Virus record (IMG/VR): IMGVR_UViG_3300020112_000420
Coordinates: 1-64,000 of that record
DNA: 64,000 bases
Reading direction: 5' to 3' (one strand)
Source: a virus
Taxonomy: Duplodnaviria; Caudoviricetes
A model generated the notes under the pieces. That model worked only from the letters and a program-made list of their open reading frames with translations, was not told the origin of the DNA and made no database searches. This document shows positions 60,606-64,000 of this stretch, one piece after another. Position 1 is the first letter of the stretch, and each line of letters starts with the position of its first letter. The position numbers and the translations under genes were made by a program.

Positions 60606-60926
60606 ATGATTGACGAAGCGAAGTTGGACGAGGCGTTGGCGGCGTTTTTGTCGAACCCGAAATGGGCGGAATACTACGGTAATGCGCCGAGCGGAGCAAA
60701 GGAACTCATTGCGCTTCAGTTCTATCGTTCCCATGTGGATGACGAGGACACGCCCGAAATGCTGGAACTCGTGAAAGAGACGAAGGAAGCATTGGATGGC
60801 GAGGATTTGGACTATCTGATTGAGAATTGCCCTAATGCTCAGGCGAAGGCGGAGTACCGCGCTTTGAAGGATAATCGCGGAGGTGGCGTTCAGACTGATG
60901 GAGCGGCGGTTGGCGAAGGCAAGTGA
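60606..60926 (+). CDS. Small acidic protein (candidate partner/immunity)
   Basis: AGGAG SD; acidic helical 106 aa. Confidence 0.6.
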   Translation: MIDEAKLDEALAAFLSNPKWAEYYGNAPSGAKELIALQFYRSHVDDEDTPEMLELVKETKEALDGEDLDYLIENCPNAQAKAEYRALKDNRGGGVQTDGAAVGEGK

Positions 60927-61043
60927 TTTGTGTTGGTTGGGTGTTGTTTCATGGTTGGTTGTGTTCATGGTTACTCCTTGGTTTGGGTGAACGGCTAAAA
61001 GGTAGGCCGTAGAAGGTAAAACGCGGCAAATGCTTGCGTTTTA

Positions 61044-61091
61044 GGGCGGGTTCGGGGTCTGCAAGGGTTTCCTCGTTCCCGCCCCTTTTTT
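61044..61091 (+). terminator. Rho-independent terminator
   Basis: gggcgggttcgggg / cctcgttcccgccc followed by a T-run. Confidence 0.55.
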
Positions 61092-61105
61092 GACCTAGTG
61101 GCTAT
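61090..61105 (+). promoter_or_regulatory. Putative late-promoter motif TTGACC-N3-TGGCTAT
   Basis: ttgacctagtggctat, upstream of 61132/61141. Confidence 0.6.
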
Positions 61106-61131
61106 GGTTAGATAGACAAGCATTAGGAGAA

Positions 61132-63315
61132 GTGCCGAAAATGACAAACAGAGAGTTCTTGCTTGAGGCGATTAAGAAAGCCATTGCGGTGAGCGGTGGC
61201 ATTGAAGCATTTGACGAAATGCCGAAGCCGAACATGGGGGCTGGCATGGGCAAAGGCGGGAACGGAGGCACGGCTGGCGGCGGTGGTGCTATGGGCGGAT
61301 TGGGCGGCGACGGCGATGGGAGCGAGGCGACGCTTGAAGAGCATGACAAGCGGTGGCATCCCGACGGCTACAAGGGAGGGCCGTGCGGTTGGCGCGAGAA
61401 GCACGGCATACCAACTACCGACCCGAACGGAGGAAAAGACCCCAAGGCGCAGAAAGCGGCGAAGGAAGCGGTCAAGGGGACAAACATCAACCCCGATAAC
61501 GTATCAGAGGTCTGGACGCCTGGTCAGAAGCCGCAAGTCATCCAACAGCCCGAAGGCGAGTTGAAGAACACGCAAGGCGGTCTTGGCGACTTGAAATCAC
61601 CGAAGAGCGCGGAGAACGTGGAGAAGTTGGAGCAGTTGAACGCGCAGGCGAAGACACCCCAGCAGAAGACGCTCATACAGGAAATATACGCACGGCTCAA
61701 GTACAAGTTGGGCAATCTCGGCATTTCGGGCGGCGCGGAGGCGGGTTCAACGGGAGCGGCGGCTGGCGGTCAGCCCGAAGCGAAGTACGAGAAAGAAGAG
61801 GATATTCCCTATCTCGACGACATTTCGGACGATGACTATGCGAAACTGTCCCCGACGCAAAAGAAGCAGATTGACGAAAAGGAAGACAAGAGAATCGAAG
61901 AAGAGGCTAAAAAGGGCGACGAAGAATTGGACAAGGAGTTTGCCGAGAAGGAGAAGAGCGACAAGAAGGAATCGGACAAGCGCATCAAGGCACTTGACAA
62001 AAAGATAGCATCCGAGCGCAAGAAACTTGTCGCCAAGCAAGTCGGCATACTGCGCGAGAACGAGCGCAAGGCGTTCCGCAAGTCCTATGACGACGAGTTC
62101 AACGCCATCGAGAAGCGGGTCAAGAGCGGAGAGATTACTCGCAAGCAGGGCGACCGCTTGCAGAAGAAGGCGGAAGACAAGTATTTCAAGGCGCACGAAG
62201 GTTGGAGCGCGAAGAAGGACGAGGACTATTTGGCTGAAGCGAACAAGCGCGTTGGCGAACTGTTGGCTAATGCGTATCAGCCGAAGCCTCCCGCCGAAGG
62301 GGCGAAGCCCGCATCGAAAGCGCGTCAGCAGTTCCAACATGCGCTAGGAAACGCGCACAAGGGAGCGGCGGAACGCGCAAACGGCGCGACGGCGGACGGT
62401 GGAGACAACAAGGGAGATGACATTCTTAACATGTCGCAGGAGGACTTCGACAAGTTGCCCGATGACCAGAAGCGCACGAAGTACATGGAATATCTGCAAA
62501 AGGCGCATGGTCTCAAGGGTTTCGCAAGCGAAGCGGAAACGCCAGATTTCGACAGGATTTCCCCCGAAGAATACAAGAAACTCAATCCTCTTCAGCAGAT
62601 GCAAGTGACGGAGAAGTATCACAAGGCAATGGCTGAAGCGAAAAAGCCGAAGCCTGAAGCGGCGGCGAAGATTAAGCCATATACTCCTAGTTGGGCGGGC
62701 AAGCCGCTGGCGAAGCCGCCGACACCTATGCGCAAGAAGTTGGGTGACGCGCTTCAGCGTTGGGGCAAGGCGTTGAGCGATATGGGCGAAGGCAAGGTAC
62801 AGCACACATACCGAGACTTGGCAATGAAGCACAAGTTGGAGATGAAGGCGCGGGGCATCGACATTTCCACGCCGAAGCATTGGAGCGTCAAGGACTTGAT
62901 GGCTGACAAGCAGAATGCAATCGCCGAGCAGAAGTACGGGGCTGAAGCTGACATGCGGCTGGGTGGTGGTCATCAACCGCAAGGCAATCCTAACGCGCAA
63001 CCGTCGGGGAAAGTCGGAGGCGCGGAGAACAAGTCCGATGGTCTGACGCTCCACAAAAACTCTCTGTTTGGAGAAATCAAGAACCTCGACAATCCGGACG
63101 TGATGGGAATGGCTCTCGACATTGAGAAGGAATACAACGATGCGAAGCGGAGCGGCGATAGAAAGAAAATGATGTCGCTGATGAAAGAGTGGAAGTCGTT
63201 GAAGAAGCAAATGGACGGCGATGATGAAGATGGCGACGAGCAGAAGCGTTGGAACGCAATGGCGGACAAGGGCGTGAAGACGCGGACGAACTACGGAAGT
63301 CCAGACTTTTCATAA
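61132..63315 (+). CDS. Large charged low-complexity head-associated protein with the same N-terminal module as 59726
   Basis: EAFDEM; GGDGDG..TLEEHDKRWHPDGYKGGPCGWREKHG; Lys/Glu/Asp-rich helices. Confidence 0.7.
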   Translation: MPKMTNREFLLEAIKKAIAVSGGIEAFDEMPKPNMGAGMGKGGNGGTAGGGGAMGGLGGDGDGSEATLEEHDKRWHPDGYKGGPCGWREKHGIPTTDPNGGKDPKAQKAAKEAVKGTNINPDNVSEVWTPGQKPQVIQQPEGELKNTQGGLGDLKSPKSAENVEKLEQLNAQAKTPQQKTLIQEIYARLKYKLGNLGISGGAEAGSTGAAAGGQPEAKYEKEEDIPYLDDISDDDYAKLSPTQKKQIDEKEDKRIEEEAKKGDEELDKEFAEKEKSDKKESDKRIKALDKKIASERKKLVAKQVGILRENERKAFRKSYDDEFNAIEKRVKSGEITRKQGDRLQKKAEDKYFKAHEGWSAKKDEDYLAEANKRVGELLANAYQPKPPAEGAKPASKARQQFQHALGNAHKGAAERANGATADGGDNKGDDILNMSQEDFDKLPDDQKRTKYMEYLQKAHGLKGFASEAETPDFDRISPEEYKKLNPLQQMQVTEKYHKAMAEAKKPKPEAAAKIKPYTPSWAGKPLAKPPTPMRKKLGDALQRWGKALSDMGEGKVQHTYRDLAMKHKLEMKARGIDISTPKHWSVKDLMADKQNAIAEQKYGAEADMRLGGGHQPQGNPNAQPSGKVGGAENKSDGLTLHKNSLFGEIKNLDNPDVMGMALDIEKEYNDAKRSGDRKKMMSLMKEWKSLKKQMDGDDEDGDEQKRWNAMADKGVKTRTNYGSPDFS

Positions 63316-63320
63316 GGCGA

Positions 63321-63361
63321 AACCATCCCACTTGCGTATTTCGCCCGTGGGATGGTACAAT
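63321..63361 (+). promoter_or_regulatory. Sigma70-type promoter P11
   Basis: TTGCGT(63332) N18 TACAAT(63356), extended -10; inverted repeat ccatcccac / gtgggatgg. Confidence 0.6.
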
Positions 63362-63373
63362 ATCCCGCAAGCA

Positions 63374-63521
63374 AGGCGCGAGTGGGATAAGTGCGGAACT
63401 TGACCTCTGCATGAAGCGGCTGGTGGAAAGCCGCGCCCCGTGGATGGGTTTTAGGTTTGTTGCATTTCCTTTCGGCTCATGTCGCGGAGTCCCGACGGCG
63501 GGTTCGATTCCCGCCGCGTCT
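63374..63521 (+). ncRNA. tRNA/tmRNA-like structured RNA candidate (~150 nt)
   Basis: T-arm gcggg TTCGATT cccgc (63498-63514); 7-bp closing stem aggcgcg / cgcgtct with a G3-U70-like wobble; flanked by a promoter and a T-run; no CCA. Confidence 0.4.
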
Positions 63522-63531
63522 TCTTTCTTTT

Positions 63532-63547
63532 TTTACCCTTCGGCTAT
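63532..63547 (+). promoter_or_regulatory. Putative late-promoter motif TTTACC-N3-CGGCTAT
   Basis: tttacccttcggctat, upstream of 63625. Confidence 0.5.
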
Positions 63548-63624
63548 CTGCGGAACGGTCAGAACCGACCTAATCCTAAAAACGAAAAAAACGAAACAAA
63601 AACAGAAACGGAGTGATACTCACT

Positions 63625-64000
63625 ATGAATAAAATCCTGGTGTTTGCCACGCTGTGCATGACGTTGTTCGCAATAGTCGGTTGCGCCACAATGCCCAGCA
63701 CGGAGAAAATGTACAACGCATCCTACGCCATTGGCGTTTCGGGAGGTCTTGTCGCAAACATGACCGACATGGACGCTGACACGCGGAACGCAGTATGCGA
63801 TATCCTTGGCATCGTCAGCGTAGTGATTCCCGCCACGAACGAGACCTTTGAGGCGGCGTGGACGGAAACCGCGCAGAAGCACACGCAGAAACTCATCGAA
63901 GAAGGCAAGATTGACGAGAAGCAGGGGCAACTCGTAATGGCGGCGTTCAAGGTCGCCGTGAAGGGGCTTGACTATGTGTTTATCGTCTACCCGAAGGCGA
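63625..64000 (+). CDS. Lipoprotein (partial, runs off the window)
   Basis: Signal peptide with lipobox MNKILVFATLCMTLFAIVG-C; GGAG SD; absent from the ORF track because there is no stop in the window. Confidence 0.65.
   Translation, partial: MNKILVFATLCMTLFAIVGCATMPSTEKMYNASYAIGVSGGLVANMTDMDADTRNAVCDILGIVSVVIPATNETFEAAWTETAQKHTQKLIEEGKIDEKQGQLVMAAFKVAVKGLDYVFIVYPKA

Noticed and set aside
60570-60982. Minus-strand ORF 60570-60968 with a perfect AAGGAG SD
   Set aside because: It overlaps the + strand 60606-60926 gene almost entirely in antisense, the translation is unprotein-like, and no minus-strand -10 box was found. It may be a relic of an inverted fragment.
1-64000. CRISPR array, DGR or IS element
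   Set aside because: No regularly spaced direct repeats, reverse transcriptase or transposase motifs seen; the dispersed repeats are promoter-like.
1-64000. Stop-codon reassignment
   Set aside because: Genes are intact and tightly packed under the standard code, with TAA, TGA and TAG all used as terminators.

Overview
The window is part of a tailed dsDNA bacteriophage genome (Caudoviricetes-like), with essentially all credible genes on the + strand. Order: end of a late region (tail fibre with YadA-like repeats, small secreted/membrane proteins, an outer-membrane beta-barrel, a GT2-TPR-GT25 glycosyltransferase; 1-9000). Next comes a long early/middle region (ArdC, DUF1351, many small ORFs, a candidate iteron origin, a GT-C membrane glycosyltransferase, an acyl-carrier-protein homologue lacking its catalytic Ser, seven DNA-methyltransferase-like genes, YqaJ plus annealase, initiator plus DnaC-like loader, SSB, MazG, HAD, RusA; 9200-49400). 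Last is the packaging/head module (ParB, PAPS-reductase-like, TerS, intein-containing PBSX-type TerL, a broken GT-D, DUF1073 portal, a tRNA-CAT, large low-complexity head-associated proteins; 49500-64000). No integrase, repressor, major capsid gene or CRISPR array is visible. The beta-barrel and the lipoprotein point to a diderm host (inference). Two dispersed + strand promoter families were found by eye. The first has 11 sigma70-type promoters, all with an 18-bp spacer and an extended -10, most with a shared structured leader. The second has 8 copies of a 16-bp motif, TT(G/T)ACC-N3-(T/G/C)GGCTAT, mostly ahead of late/virion-type genes. The second motif also marks a zeta-kinase/topoisomerase-IB operon inside the early region. 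Those proteins share N-terminal A-x-D sites with the portal and with the head-region proteins, and three of the four are followed by a small acidic partner gene. This suggests a capsid-loaded enzyme 'cargo' system, the most intriguing signal here. All family assignments are by motif recognition without database searches.
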